DNA of 64,000 nt from Carcharhinus amblyrhynchos (Eukaryota), in the NCBI GenBank assembly GCA_965287045.1, contig OZ336874.1:60884001-60948000 (forward strand). The letters are read 5' to 3'. The notes beneath the pieces are model-generated. The model was not told the DNA's origin. It saw only the letters and a list, made by a program, of their open reading frames with translations, and searched no databases. Positions 24,223 to 36,375 of the stretch are shown in pieces. How positions within the stretch are numbered: the stretch's first letter is position 1; the number at the start of each line of letters is the position of its first letter. The position numbers were made by a program, and so were the translations under genes.

Positions 24223-25299
24223 TACCCAAGTCTTGATCCTCAAAACATTTATCAGTTTGGTAATTCTAAAGAGTATCAGTCCTACTGTTCAGATTCTATT
24301 GCCCGATTTGTTCCTGCTTGCGATAACAAAAAGATACAGAATTAAATTGAAAAGGACAACATATTGTTCTGCAGGTTTGAAGTTGACCTACTTGGCTTCG
24401 CCTCAGTACTATGGTATGGAAATTACAATAGAATTTCCTTCTCTCTCCCCCAGTGAGCCAGTGGTGCATTCCTATGCCACAATCTACTGTGATGACAGCT
24501 GCTCCTTGAACACTTGCAGTAGCCAACTGCATTGCAATGCCAAGTGTTGCCTCCCAGATGGGCTCACTCCTGAAGGAACAGGCTTGTTTCCTGGATACAA
24601 ATAGATCTCTTTCCTCCTCCTACCACCTTGCCCCCCACATCCTCACCTTCTTGCCCCATACTCTCTTTTACTCACACGCTGCAATCAACCTCTCCCCACT
24701 TCCAATAACTGGAGCTCTACTCTACAGCTTTTCACCTCCACACCTTGCAGCCAGCCTCTCCCCCTCCAGCGTCCCAGCACTCCACTCCCCAAACTCTGTT
24801 CCCTGGGCCCTGGTTAGGTGTGCTCTGACAGCTCTGCACCACTGATTGTCAATGCATAAATGCATATACACCCCAGGTTTTTGTTCCTGCACCTTCTTTT
24901 AGGATTTTACCTTTTTTTCAAAATATTACCTCTTCTCATTCTTCCTACCAAATGCACTACTTTGTGCTTTTCTCCACTAAATTCCATTTGTTACAAGTTC
25001 ACCCATTCCACTTGCCCATCAATGTCCCCTTGAATTAACAATGCTTACAATTACTGGGCAATTGCAAATTTATTCCACGTGGATTCCAACTGAAATTCCA
25101 CCTTCATGTTTCAAACATAAATTGCTAAGTTGCCCCTTAAGTGTTCCAAAATGTGTAGGTTAGATGGATAAATCTTAGTCAACGCTTGGGGTTACAGGGA
25201 CTGGACAATGGGAAGGACCTAGATGGGATGATCTATTGGAGAGTCTGTGCAGACTATAGTGGCTCCGAATGACCCATCACTGCTCTGTAGGGATTCTAT

Positions 25300-26290
25300 A
25301 GTCGCTCCCACCTTGCCAGACCACACCACCATCACCAAATATCAAATCATTTCCAAAGCAGTTGCTGATCTCTACTTCCTTCCATAACTTCCTATTTCCT
25401 AAAACCATACAGTTTACTTCTACTACCTTTTCAAGATCCACAAGCCTTGGTTAACCGATTGCTCCAGCACACCCCTTTCACTGAACTTACTTCTGTGTCT
25501 CCATCATCCAATCTCTTCCCACCTGTGTCTGTGTCTTCAAAGTCTTCCATCAGTTCCTTTGCCTGACTGGACTCCTTTTCATTGCTAACATCCAATTGCT
25601 CCACAACTCTGGTACTAGCCGGGGTGTTTTGAGGGTTTTGCACTTCTTCCTTGAATGGAGGCCTGACCACTTCTCGTCCACTACCAATGGCACCTACCAC
25701 TGTCTGGTTGAACTAGTTGCACTTTGAATAACTTCTCATTTTGCTCTTCTCCTCCACTTCACTCCATCCAACTAAGAAGTGCTGCTCCCGGAAGCCACAA
25801 GAGTCCTCCTTTTTTTGGGATTCTTCTAATCCTCGTCAGGCCTTCCTCCTTCAACTCTTTCTAATGTAATGATAATTTCAGCAACTTTGCTTCTAATTTC
25901 AACTCTTCCCCCACTTCTATGGGGTCCATCTGCAACTCTTCCCTTTCTTGACTTCTATCTCCATTTCTGGGATAAGCAGCTATTGGTTAGTTTCTCCATC
26001 ACAGCAGCTCCGAAGATGTCATGTTCCATTCTAATGCTCGTGATATGTCTTGCTTTTCCCTTGACTAAAGATTCCAGCCTTCTGCCACATGACTCAGAGC
26101 CTCAACTTTGTTCATTCCATTTCATATATTCTGGCTCTCATCCCTTTCACTCACTCCATTCGCTATGATGGGGCTCCTCTTGTCCTGATCTTCCAATTCA
26201 GCATCCTCCACGTTCAACAGATCATCTACCATCACCATCAAACCCATCTTCCCTCCACCACTCTGCATCTTGATGGAAGGTACCCTCTGT
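25300..26290 (+). mobile_element. Degenerate Penelope-like element (RT and linker region)
   Basis: DGAPLVLIFQFSILHVQQII...HLPS matches the linker in the minus-strand copy at 35650-35950 (DGIPLVLTFH..ATTKHIF..PPLSA). Confidence 0.6.
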
Positions 26291-26789
26291 AACATTAAGG
26301 GGATTTTCCAGAGGCTTCCCTCTGGTGCCATGTATTGAGCTAAACTCAGCTCATACAAAGACTCACATAGGACATTATGCAATTGAAGACATTCTTTATT
26401 TCACCAATAAACTGGGAAAGACACAGCCAAAAGTTTCTAACTTCTCTATGTTGTTACAGTACATGTGTAAAACAGATACATCTTTTCATAGGTTCGTTTC
26501 TCCTGCACAATCTGTCATCCAAACGGGATGATCCAATGACATTAATACACATTATTTACCTTGGCCAACAGCATTTTACCTTCAAGCAGAATTGAGAATT
26601 TATTGATCAACCGGACCCAGATGTTCTTTCACACTCCCCCTCCCCCAGCCCCCCTATATTGCCTAGCAACTTGACCTATGCAAATCCAGTAGGTTCAAGG
26701 ATCACCTTCGCCACCTGCAAATCATGGAAATGGAAGGGAGTCATTTCACTCTGCCTGCTGGCTACCCATTTATCAGTAGATGCTGAATA

Positions 26790-27189
26790 CATCTATTCAC
26801 TGTAACCACAAGCTAAATGCCTGTATTCATTTTAAAACCTTGGTAGCTTGCAGCTGCAGGGTCTCTTACTGATACAGAATATATTCTATATCTTGTTTCC
26901 AAAGAACGTGGCCTGCCTAGCTCTGCTCGTTTCCCATTATACTTTGAGCAGGCTGCATCTTGGCCAAAGCTTACAAGATATTTGAAAATGCATTTCAAAT
27001 TTACACAATTTATTGACACATGTCAATGCAAGCAATACCTTTGCAGGATGTATATATATTAAATAAAATATAAAGCACTTTGTGATTCCTTATCGTACAT
27101 TTAAGGCACACTCTGATCCCTATTCTAAACCAGTCTACTTTGTTTTAATAGACTTCAAAAGCCTAGGAATTTCTGCACTCCTTTTTACA
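26790..27189 (-). repeat. ERV 3' LTR, preceded by a polypurine tract at about 27190-27203
   Basis: Aligns along its length with 33248-33650; minus strand reads AGGAGGTGGGAC|TGTAAAAAG. Confidence 0.85.
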
Positions 27190-27249
27190 GTCCCACCTCC
27201 TGGCCCTTGGCTAGCACAAGAGTAGACCATTAAATGTGTGTCCCCCAGT

Positions 27250-30130
27250 ACTTGTCTTAAATCCCAAAGGCTGACTTGACCTCCGGTATTCTTTCTTCCT
27301 TGTCCTGACTGCCATCACTGATGCTGTACCTTCTGTGGACTGAACTAGTCATGCACAGCCATATTTAAGCAAGTTTATGATTATCACCAATGCTAGGTTT
27401 GCAATGAAAAATAATATAATCCCTTGTAGAATTGGTGTTCCCAAAGAACCTAGTCAGCTTGAGAAGCAACCAAATATAATAAATGGTTAGGGTTAGAACA
27501 TAAGAACATAAGAAATAGGAGCAGGAGTAGGCCATCTGGCCCTTCGAGCCTGCCCCGCCATTCAATAAGATCATGGCTGATCTGTCGTGGCTCAGTTCCA
27601 CTTTCCCGCCCTCTCCCCATAACCCTTAATCCCCTCTCTTATCAAAAACCCATCAACCCGCTTCTTAAAAATATTTAGCGAGGCAGCCTCCACCACTTCA
27701 ACGGGCAGAGAATTCCAGAGATTCACCACCCTTTGAGTGAAGAAGTTCCTCCTCAACTCCGTTCTGAACCGCCCCCCCTTTATCTTGAGGCTGTGCCCCC
27801 TAGTCCTACTGTCTTTTTTGAGCGGGAAGAGTCTTTCCACCTCTATCCTATCCATCCCATTCATCATCTTATACGTCTCAATGAGATCTCCCCTCATTCT
27901 TCTAAACTCTAACGAGTACAAGCCTAGTTTATTCAGCCTCTCCTCATAGCTCAACCCCCTCAACTCCGGTATCAGCCTAGTAAACCTCCTCTGCACTCCC
28001 TCCAGGGCCAAAATATCCTTGCGCAGGTGCGGCGCCCAAAACTGCACACAGTACTCCAGCTGCGGCCTCACCAATGCCCTATACAGCTGCAGCAAGACCT
28101 CCCTACTTTTATATTCAATCCCCCTCGCTATGAAGGCCAGCATCCCATTCGCCTTCCTGACCACCTGCTGCACTTGCAGGCTGGGTTTTTGCGACTCATG
28201 CACAAGGACCCCGAGGTCCCTCTGCACCGTCGCCTGCTGCAGTTTTTCGCCACGTAAGTAATAGTCCTTCCTACCATTCTTCCTACCAAAGTGGACCACC
28301 TCACACTTGCCAACATTAAATTCCATTTGCCATTTCCTGGCCCATTCGCCCAGCCTATCTAGATCCTTCTGCAGACTCTCCACACCCTCCGCACAATTTG
28401 CCTTTCCCCCAATCTTGGTGTCATCAGCAAATTTCGACACCCTACACTCGGTTCCCTCCTCCAGATCATCTATATAAATGGTAAATAGCTGAGGCCCCAG
28501 CACCGACCCCTGGGGCACCCCACTAGTCACCAACCGCCAATCCGAATAGCACCCATTGACCCCCACTCTCTGCCTCCTATTTGACAACCAATCCTCTATC
28601 CACGCTAACACCCTACCCCCAACTCCATGTCCTCTGACCTTCTGCAGTAACCTCTTGTGAGGTACCTTATCAAACGCCTTCTGAAAATCCAGAAAGACCA
28701 CATCCACCGGCTCTCCTCTATCCACCGCCCTAGACACATCCTCATAGAACTCCAGTAAATTTGTCAGACACAACTTCCCTTTAATGAAACCGTGTTGCGT
28801 CTGCCCTATCAAGCAATTCCCTTCAAGATGCCTCGCAATTTCCTCCTTAATGACGGATTCTAACATTTTACCTACCACAGACGTTAAACTAACCGGCCTG
28901 TAATTCCCCGCCTTTTGCCTGGCACCCTTCTTAAACAACGGCGTAACATTAGCCGTTTTCCAATCCTCCGGCACTTCCCCGGAATCCAGCGACGTCTGGA
29001 AAATAACCACCAAGGCATCCACTATCACCTCCGCCATTTCTTTCAGAACCCTCGGATGCATTCCATCCGGTCCTGGGGACTTGTCCACAATCAGCCCCTC
29101 CAGTCTGTTTAACTTTACCACTTTTTTGATGTGAGCAATCAGATTAGTTGTGCTTTCTGAACAATCTAGTATGTATGTGCAACACACTGATCCAATCACT
29201 GAACATGTCCCACCCCTTTCCGCCAAGAAATAAACCAATACCAATTGGTGTTGCAGTACCACAGTATGCAAGGCAACCATCTTGTCATTTACCTTGGTAA
29301 AGGTAGTGACTGTACTATTGTAACTTGTTCCAAAATGGAGCTTACAAGTATAGTTTCTTGCATCAGCTTGGCTACTTCATATCAATGAAATATTATGCCA
29401 AAGAACCACTGATTCTGAAATTGCTGGGAGGAAGTTTGGGAGTGTGATAGACATGTGGGATTACATATCCAAGTAACACGACTCCTTCAATCTGACAGGA
29501 AGCCAAGGATATGCTCTATCCCCACAGATCCAATGTGTGCCGTTGAGAGTTGGATAAGTGTTGCCTTCTCTAAAATAATAAGCTATGTTGCAAGACTGGA
29601 CATTACTGGGTGACTCGGGTATATTAGGCTGGTTTGGTTACTGTATAGTTACATTTACTTATGCTTAAATTTCTCCCAGAACCTTCCTTCCATATTCCCT
29701 ACACAACATGCTCCTTTTGGTTTTGGAGTTGGCTGTTCTAAAACTAAACTAGGAACTGGTTTCCTTAGATTAGAGATAGGTGTGTACCTCTTCATGTGGC
29801 CTAACTTTCCTGCACATGACTTACTGTTATGAAACTTCTCCTTTATCTCTCCACTATTGAATCCTGGTGTACAGTGTTCAGGATGATTGAAATCCTGGAG
29901 CTGTGTGGTCTGCCATTATCAATTCTGACCATATCAGAGGTGATGGTTGTAAAGGTATTTCCCTCCCTGCATGGATGGGGATATGTGAACAAACCCAACA
30001 TCTTGACTGATTGGGCATTCTAATCATGTGTATGCGTGCCATACCTCCCGAGAGGAGCACTGAAGGACCTCTGGTCCTACCTGAGCCAAAGTCTATATAT
30101 TCAATACTAAAAAAATATATAAACACATGT
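27250..30130 (-). pseudogene. env: ERV env pseudogene with gamma-type SU/TM, split by a CR1 insertion
   Basis: SU CXXC motif NQSRCWVCSHIP (about 30000); WICGDRAYPWLP..CYLGYVIP (about 29500); ISD-like LQHQLVLVYFLAERGG plus CX6CC CSVIGSVCC (about 29180-29260); membrane anchor ILQGIILFFIANLALVIIINLL (about 27370-27435). Confidence 0.88.
27494..29110 (-). mobile_element. Very young 5'-truncated CR1 with an uninterrupted RT frame, inserted in ERV env
   Basis: About 500 stop-free codons from KSPGPDG through YRPVSLTS, PQGSVLGP and FADD to the ORF2 end; tail at 27494-27517. Confidence 0.97.
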
Positions 30131-30386
30131 ATTGATCATGACTGTTTTTACAGCTTTCCCCTTTTTTTAAAAAAAAATAAAATCCCACCTTTTGGTCAAC
30201 GTCAAGTAAATAAAACTTATTTACAGATTCACTTGGCAACCACATTACACTTTATTACGCACTATTTGCTTGTTATCTGTATTGGGTGTGGTTTATGGCT
30301 TCTTGCCTGGCGACAAAGTTGCTTGGAGATCTTCACTACAGCAAATAATATTTTGTAAAACATAAAAATGCCTTTCAGCCTTGAAG

Positions 30387-30619
30387 TTAGTATCTCCTCA
30401 TCTGAATCATTTCTATCTTCTCTCTAATACCTTCTCGATTTCCTCGTGCCATGATCTGGCCTAGTCTATGAGCTTGTTTGCAAATCCAAATTATTCCAAT
30501 TATCATTAAGAACATAAGAACATAAGAAACATTAAGACAGCTACAAAAGCTAGAATAACCCCTTGTTATATAGGATCATTCATCCACTGGGGCAATTTCA
30601 TTGCTACTGGATTACTCAT
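30387..30619 (-). pseudogene. Reconstructed 68-codon single-pass membrane ORF between pol and env
   Basis: After removing a 26-nt CR1-tail insertion the frame reads MSNPVAMKLPQWMNDPI*QGVILAFVAVLMIIGIIWICKQAHRLGQIMARGNREGIREKIEMIQMRRY. Confidence 0.5.
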
Positions 30620-32780
30620 TAGGATATGGTTTCAGCTGAGCCCAGTGCCACCATCATGGACTGTACTTTTCATTAATTAAGGCACGTTTGTCTTATGACA
30701 ATCATGCTATAGGGCCCTTCCCACTGGACTCCTAGCCTTTTCTTGTCTATCATGAGTTTCACCATTACCTTATCTCCTGGTGTGGGTAATTTAAGAATAT
30801 TCTCTTCTGCCAGTTTCATTCGGTCTTTGTGCTGTTGCTGAGTGATTACATTTCTTCAAAAAGCAGGTAAACTATTAAATGCCTCATACATTGAAATGCT
30901 GTTCCTCTGCTAATTTCAAGTTCCCCTCCTCTAGTTATTGTCTTCTCTGGGAGGTGCATTTCTCTTCCTGTCATCAATTCAAAAGGGAGGGGTCCTGTTC
31001 CTCAAGGAATAGCCCTTTGTCACAACAATATTGCAGGCAAAACCCACATCTAATTGTTTCCTTCTTCTAAACTAGCCTTACCTAAATTATTCGTCAGTGT
31101 TTGGTTCATTCATTCCTCCATTCCTGAACTCTGAGAATGATACATATGTGAAATCTTTGTCTTATTCCTAATAGCTGACAAGCTTCTCAATAAGCGAAGT
31201 GGGTTCCTTGATCAGAATGTAACTGAAGAGGCATTTCCCCACCTTGGCAATATCTCATTTGCCAAATTCAGAGCTACAGTTTTGACTGCGATACCTTTGC
31301 ACAGAAATGTTTCAACACATTTTGTAAACTGATCTACAATTACCAAACAATGTCTTGCCTTGTACCCATGGTAACTGTCCTGTAAAATCCATTTGTAAAT
31401 TTTCCCAGGGTACTTTAGGTCATGGCTGATTTCCCATTTTAAACCTGCAGAGATGACGTGGTTCCACTAGGGTGCACTGCTGGCACCTCTGGCAAAATTT
31501 TGCAACATCTCTTCCCATTTGCTTCCACTACCAACATTCCCTTAACAGATTCAGCATTTTGTATCTGCCTGTAGGTGCTAATCTGTGGTATACTTTCAGC
31601 AGCAATGCTGCATTACCTCAAGGGCTATTATTTTCCTCTCCCTTCTCTATAATCCATTCAAGCTTTTGTCCTCCATATTTTTCCCACCTTTGCTTCTTTT
31701 TTCCTGATGCTTGTTCCTGTACCTGTTTCACATCAATGTCTGTACTCTTACTAGTTTGCAACGCTGTTACTCCTGTGGTTTGTATCCATTCCCAATGCTG
31801 TTTTAATAAATCTTTTGTGGCTTTATTGGCAAAGCTATTCCCTTTCTGTGCTTCACTTTCAATCTGTTTATGAGCTTGGACTTTTATTACATCTGTCTCT
31901 AAGGGACTGCAGGCTGCTTGGATTAAATCTTTAATCAAGGCCTCACGCTTCACATGTCCTCCACTCAAAGTTATAAAACCCTGTCTATTCCAAGCTGTCA
32001 TGTAATCATGCACTATCCCAAAGGTATACCTGCTGACAGTATAGAAGTTAACTCGTTTCCCTTTGCTCCATTCTAAGGCCTTAGTTAAAGCTAACAACTC
32101 GGCCAATTATGCTGAATTATTCCCGGGGATTTGTTCTCCTGTAATCACTGTTCCCTCATCATTTACCATTGCCCATGCAGTGCGGGGCTCTCCATTAACA
32201 AATTTTCTTGCTCCGTCTACATATAGGTTAATTACCTTTTCTCCCGGAAGCGTTTCTTCTGTTAAATCCTCACTCGCTTCCTCAGACACTTCTGCAACAC
32301 ACTCATGCTCCACTCCCTGCACCATCAGTCCTCCCATGCGATTTTTCCTGACATCTGTGCTGATTTCTACATGCCTATCTCTTGACAAGGGATTTGCTTC
32401 CTATTTGGAATATCTTCCATTGGAAACTCTTAAATCTCAGCTTCCAGAAGCTGGTTTGCAAGATGGATTGGGCTACATTCACGACCTTTTGTAATTTCTT
32501 GTAGTCTCAGGTAGAGCAGGAGCCATACCATGTTGTGACTGTTGGTTCCTGACTATGAATGCAAACTTATACTGATGTTTCTTCACTACGGGAATTGACC
32601 AAAATCCATTTGCTATGTCTAGCATTGTGAAAATCATCTGTTCTGACCCAATGTTATTCAGGACACTAGCTGGGTTGACACTATGGAATGCTCGGGTTGT
32701 ATTGTGGTTTAAAGCTGTATAATTGACGGTCAATCAATAACTGCCGTCTGGCCTTTTAACTAGCTAGGTCGGGGAGGTTT
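30612..32780 (-). pseudogene. pol: ERV pol pseudogene (partial RT, RNase H, integrase)
   Basis: RT VKRPDGSY..LDIANGFWSIPV..YKFAF; RNase H LYVDG..AELLALTKAL..NFYT.SRY..KVQAH..GN; IN CQRCQQC, PWENLQMDFTG, VIVDQFTK, HSDQGTHF, WKGPY, ending WWHWAQLKPYPNE*. The YxDD region is not seen. Confidence 0.9.
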
Positions 32781-32805
32781 TGATTTGTCTAGTCTTGGAG
32801 GAGGT

Positions 32806-33215
32806 TTTGATTTGATTTACTATCGTCACATAGTATTGGCGTACAGTGAAAAGTATTGTTTCTTGCCTGCTGTACAGAGAAAGCATACCGTTCAGAGAAG
32901 GAAAGGAAAGTGCAAAATGTAGTGTTACACTCATAGCTAGGGTATGAAGAAAAATTGATATGAAGTACTTCCATTCAAAAGCCTGATGGCAGCAGGGAAG
33001 AAGCTGTTCTGGAGTCAGTTGGTACGTGTCCTCAGTTTTGTATCTTTTTCCCCACCAGAAGAAGGTAAAAGAGAATACGTCCAGGGTGCACGAGGTCCTT
33101 AATTATGCTGGCTGCATTTCTAAGGCAATGGGAAATGTAGATAGTGTCAATAGGTGGGAGGCTGGTTTGAGTGATGGACTGAGCTTTGTTTGCAACCCTT
33201 TGTAGTTTCTTGCTG
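32806..33215 (-). mobile_element. Rex1/Babar LINE 3' end inside the ERV
   Basis: Reverse-complement match to 44550-44935; (TTTGA)n tail on the plus strand at about 32806-32818. Confidence 0.75.
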
Positions 33216-33247
33216 TTTAGTCACTCTTCATTGCGAAAAGGTGAAAA

Positions 33248-33650
33248 TGTCTATTCACTACAACCACAAGCTAAATGCCTCTATTCATTTTAAAACCTTG
33301 GTAACTTGCAGCTGCAGGGTCGCTTACTTATAATAGAGACTATATTTTATACCTTGTTTCCAAAGAATGTGGCCTCCTTAGTTCTGCTTGTTTCCCATTA
33401 TGCTTGGCGCAGGCTGCATCTTGGACAAAGCTTACAAGATATTTGAAAATACATTCTAAATCTACAATACTTACTCAAAATTCTCTACCAATGATTATTA
33501 TGTGTCTATGCTGACAATACCTTTGCATGATATATATACTTTGTGATTCATTATGGCATATTTAAGGCACACAGTGGTCCCTATTCTAAACTAGTTTACT
33601 TCGTTTCAATAGTCTTCAAAGTCCTTTGGATGTCTGTAACCCTTTCTACA
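33248..33650 (-). repeat. ERV 5' LTR
   Basis: Minus strand TGTAGAAAGG...GTGAATAGACA; direct repeat of 26790-27189. No tRNA primer-binding site is recognisable next to it. Confidence 0.85.
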
Positions 33651-33789
33651 GGCACCATGGTCTATTCCTTCCCTTTCCCACAGCACCTTTACATGAAAGT
33701 ATGGAGATGCAACACTTTTTTTTCTTACTTCTGCCCTTATCATCTAAGGTTCCAGCTGCAAAAGCAATGTCCTTCTTTCAATCTAGCAT

Positions 33790-34050
33790 ACTGTATATGT
33801 TACTCACTATATTCTCTCCTCTATAATGGGGACGTCAAACTCAAGAGTAAGCAATTGTCTTGCAAAACATCTCTGTTCACTCTGCAGATGTGTCCCAAAC
33901 TTCCAGTTGCCTGTCAGTATAATTCTCCATCTTGCTGTCACTCTGAGCTCTATCCTTAGCCTAGCACAGCATCCCAGTAACGCCCATCATAAGCAAAGGA
34001 ACATCACCTCATTTTCATTTGGGCATGTTAAAGCCTCCACACCTTAATGC
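33790..34050 (+). mobile_element. Penelope-like GIY-YIG C-terminal fragment
   Basis: LPVACQYNSP..HSELY..HHLIF.LG pattern. Confidence 0.5.
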
Positions 34051-34458
34051 AGTAAATATCCCAAGGTATTTCACACACACATGATCAGATAAGAATTGAC
34101 ATCAAACCAAAAGACATTAGGACACGTGGCCAAATATTTGATAAAATAAGTAGGTTTCAACATCAACAACTTGCATTTATAAAGCATCTATATTTAGTAA
34201 AACATTCTAAAGGATGCTATCCAACAGAATGGGAGTAAAGACCATCTCAAAAGATGAGGCAGTTCAAGTAGGAAAGGGGTTAGGAGAGAAAAACAGTCAG
34301 CAAGTTAAAGGAAAAGTGTAATTTAATGAAGAAATGTACAAGTATCAAATAAAACTCAATTGCTTCATCAAATGCTTGAATCAAATGGGTCGAGTATCCT
34401 CTGGCCTCAAGAGCATTAATTAATAACGTAGTCTGGATAAAGGACAGCAAAGACTTAC

Positions 34459-34501
34459 CAATATGACCAGCCTTTACTTTGAATGGAACATTCAGCTCGC
34501 T
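34459..34501 (-). CDS. VPS13A: VPS13A exon 3, 43 nt: SELNVPFKVKAGHI
   Basis: ctttttcag|AGCGAGCTG...CATATTG|gtaagt. Matches human SQLDVPFKVKVGHIG. Confidence 0.92.
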
Positions 34502-35129
34502 CTGAAAAAGTGTGTTTTAAAAAAAAATCAGTTTATATTTCAATAACTGCAAAGTTACAAAGCAATATAATTCCCCCTCAAGATCATAGCCATGAGATGC
34601 TCCTAACCCTTATTATTATTATTACTATTATTTTTGCTGGAACATTTCTGTACAATTAGGATTTTAAAGACACAAACTAACCAAGTAAAAATGCTGTTTA
34701 TGATTGCAGGTCCTTGTGAGCTTTTCAAGAAAGCCTAAGAAACACTAGTTGAGCATTCAATTGTTCCTGAACAAAGCAAATACAGCATAATACAAAAACA
34801 AAATATTGCACATGCTGGGGGAAACGTGGAGGCTGGAAAACATCAGCTGCCCCGTAGCTATTTAAAAAGCTGAGCGGAATAGAAAGGACCAGCCAGAAGC
34901 TCTGCAGTACTCTGAACAGAAATGTGCAGCATTGGATCAGGATTTGGTTTCAGGTGGGGAGCCCTCATCAAGTGCCAACCTGGCAGGATCCAGCAAGACC
35001 CCCAAGGTTCTTAGAATTGCATTGGGGACATGGACAGGCAGGTAGATGAGCAGACATTCTCTGGTTTAATGAGCTTCCAACTTTAAAGCAAAGCAAGGCA
35101 GAGGAAAATCCAGCCTCATACTTCAGAGC

Positions 35130-36100
35130 AATGACATTTCATCAGAATGGAGGAATGAAGGTTTTAACCTTTGGAAAGGGAGAGTGACTGGAAGAACAAA
35201 AAGGGAAGATCTATGATAGAAAGAAAATGAAAATGAATATTATGAGGAAGGAAAAAAGGAAGCTCACGGTCATTCTTGCAGACCGAAAGGAGTTCTGCAA
35301 AGTGGTTATTCAGTCTGCATTAAGTTTTCCCAAAATACATAATTCCACACTGTCAGTAGTGAATACATTTCTTTCATTTAGTCAGTTGTAAACAAATTAC
35401 TGTTTTACCTGGAAGGTGTATTTGGGACCTTGAGTGGTAAGGAGGTAAATGGACAGGGGTTGCATCTCCTTGCTTACGGGTTTTAAAAAAAGGGCAGCAT
35501 GGACAAGTTGGGCTGAAGGGTCTGTTTCCATGCTGTAAACCTCTGACTCTGACTCCTCCGCTTTCATGAAAAGATGCTGTAGAAAATAGATGGAATGTTG
35601 GGGGTGACTGAAGAGTGGACAAGGCTGTGATGCGTGGAAAGAACAGTTCCTTCAGATTGCTGAAAGGGGAGGGCAGATAAAGATGTGCTTGGTGGTGGCA
35701 TCATTCAGGATACGGTGGAAGATGGTCCATTGAATACAAAGGCTGTTGAGGTGGAACGTGAGTACAAGGGGAATCCCATCATGATTCTGGTAGGGAGGGG
35801 AAATGTGTGTGAGCATAAGTACGTGAAGCAGATTGTATGCAGTGGAGTGTCTGGTCAAAAACCTTGCAGCAGTGTGGGGAGTGTTGCGTGTGTGCGTGCA
35901 AACATGCATAAGGGAATCCTTAGTTGAGGAAAATGGAAGCCACATCAGAAGTATTCATACAGAAGACTGCATCATCATCTGAACAGACGTGACAGACATT
36001 TGGAAACTGGGAAAACAGGATGTGAATAAATTTAATCAAGTTGGCTATCAAAGTCTATAGACTGGAGTGAATATTAAATGGCAGCCTAACTCCAGAAAAC
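35130..36100 (-). mobile_element. Degenerate Penelope-like element with a small CR1 3' tail (+) inserted at about 35478-35555
   Basis: ORF 35652-35945 linker motif; the insert matches 21320-21395. Confidence 0.6.
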
Positions 36101-36112
36101 TGAAGCAGAGAA

Positions 36113-36375
36113 GTAAAGTTTATTTATTCGTCACAAGTAAGGCACTGCCATTAACACTGCAATGAAGTTACTGTGAAATTTCCCTCGTTGCCACAATCCG
36201 GTGCCTCTTCAGGTCAATGCATCTTACCAGTATGTCTTTGAGACTATGGGAGAAAACTAGAGAACCCGGAGTAAGCCCCCACAGACACGGGGAGAACGTG
36301 CAAACTCAATGCAAGCTGGAAATCGAACCTGGTCCCTGGTGCTGAGAGGCAGCAGTGCTAACCACTATGCCACCC
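36113..36375 (-). mobile_element. V-SINE/HE1-type SINE
   Basis: Homologous to 10700-11020. Confidence 0.85.

Larger units (their letters stand above)
26790..33650 (-). mobile_element. Endogenous retrovirus relic: LTR-(gag/pro lost)-partial RT-RNase H-IN-small ORF-env-PPT-LTR
   Basis: Two diverged direct repeats of about 400 bp flank pol and env motifs in retroviral order on the minus strand. Confidence 0.9.

Noticed and set aside
27485-27496. Telomeric repeats (ggttagggttag) at the CR1 junction
   Set aside because: Only about two units, compatible with chance env sequence.
27592-29280. 562-aa ORF as a genuine host gene
   Set aside because: It is an env fragment fused to a 5'-truncated CR1 RT; reported only as a fusion curiosity.
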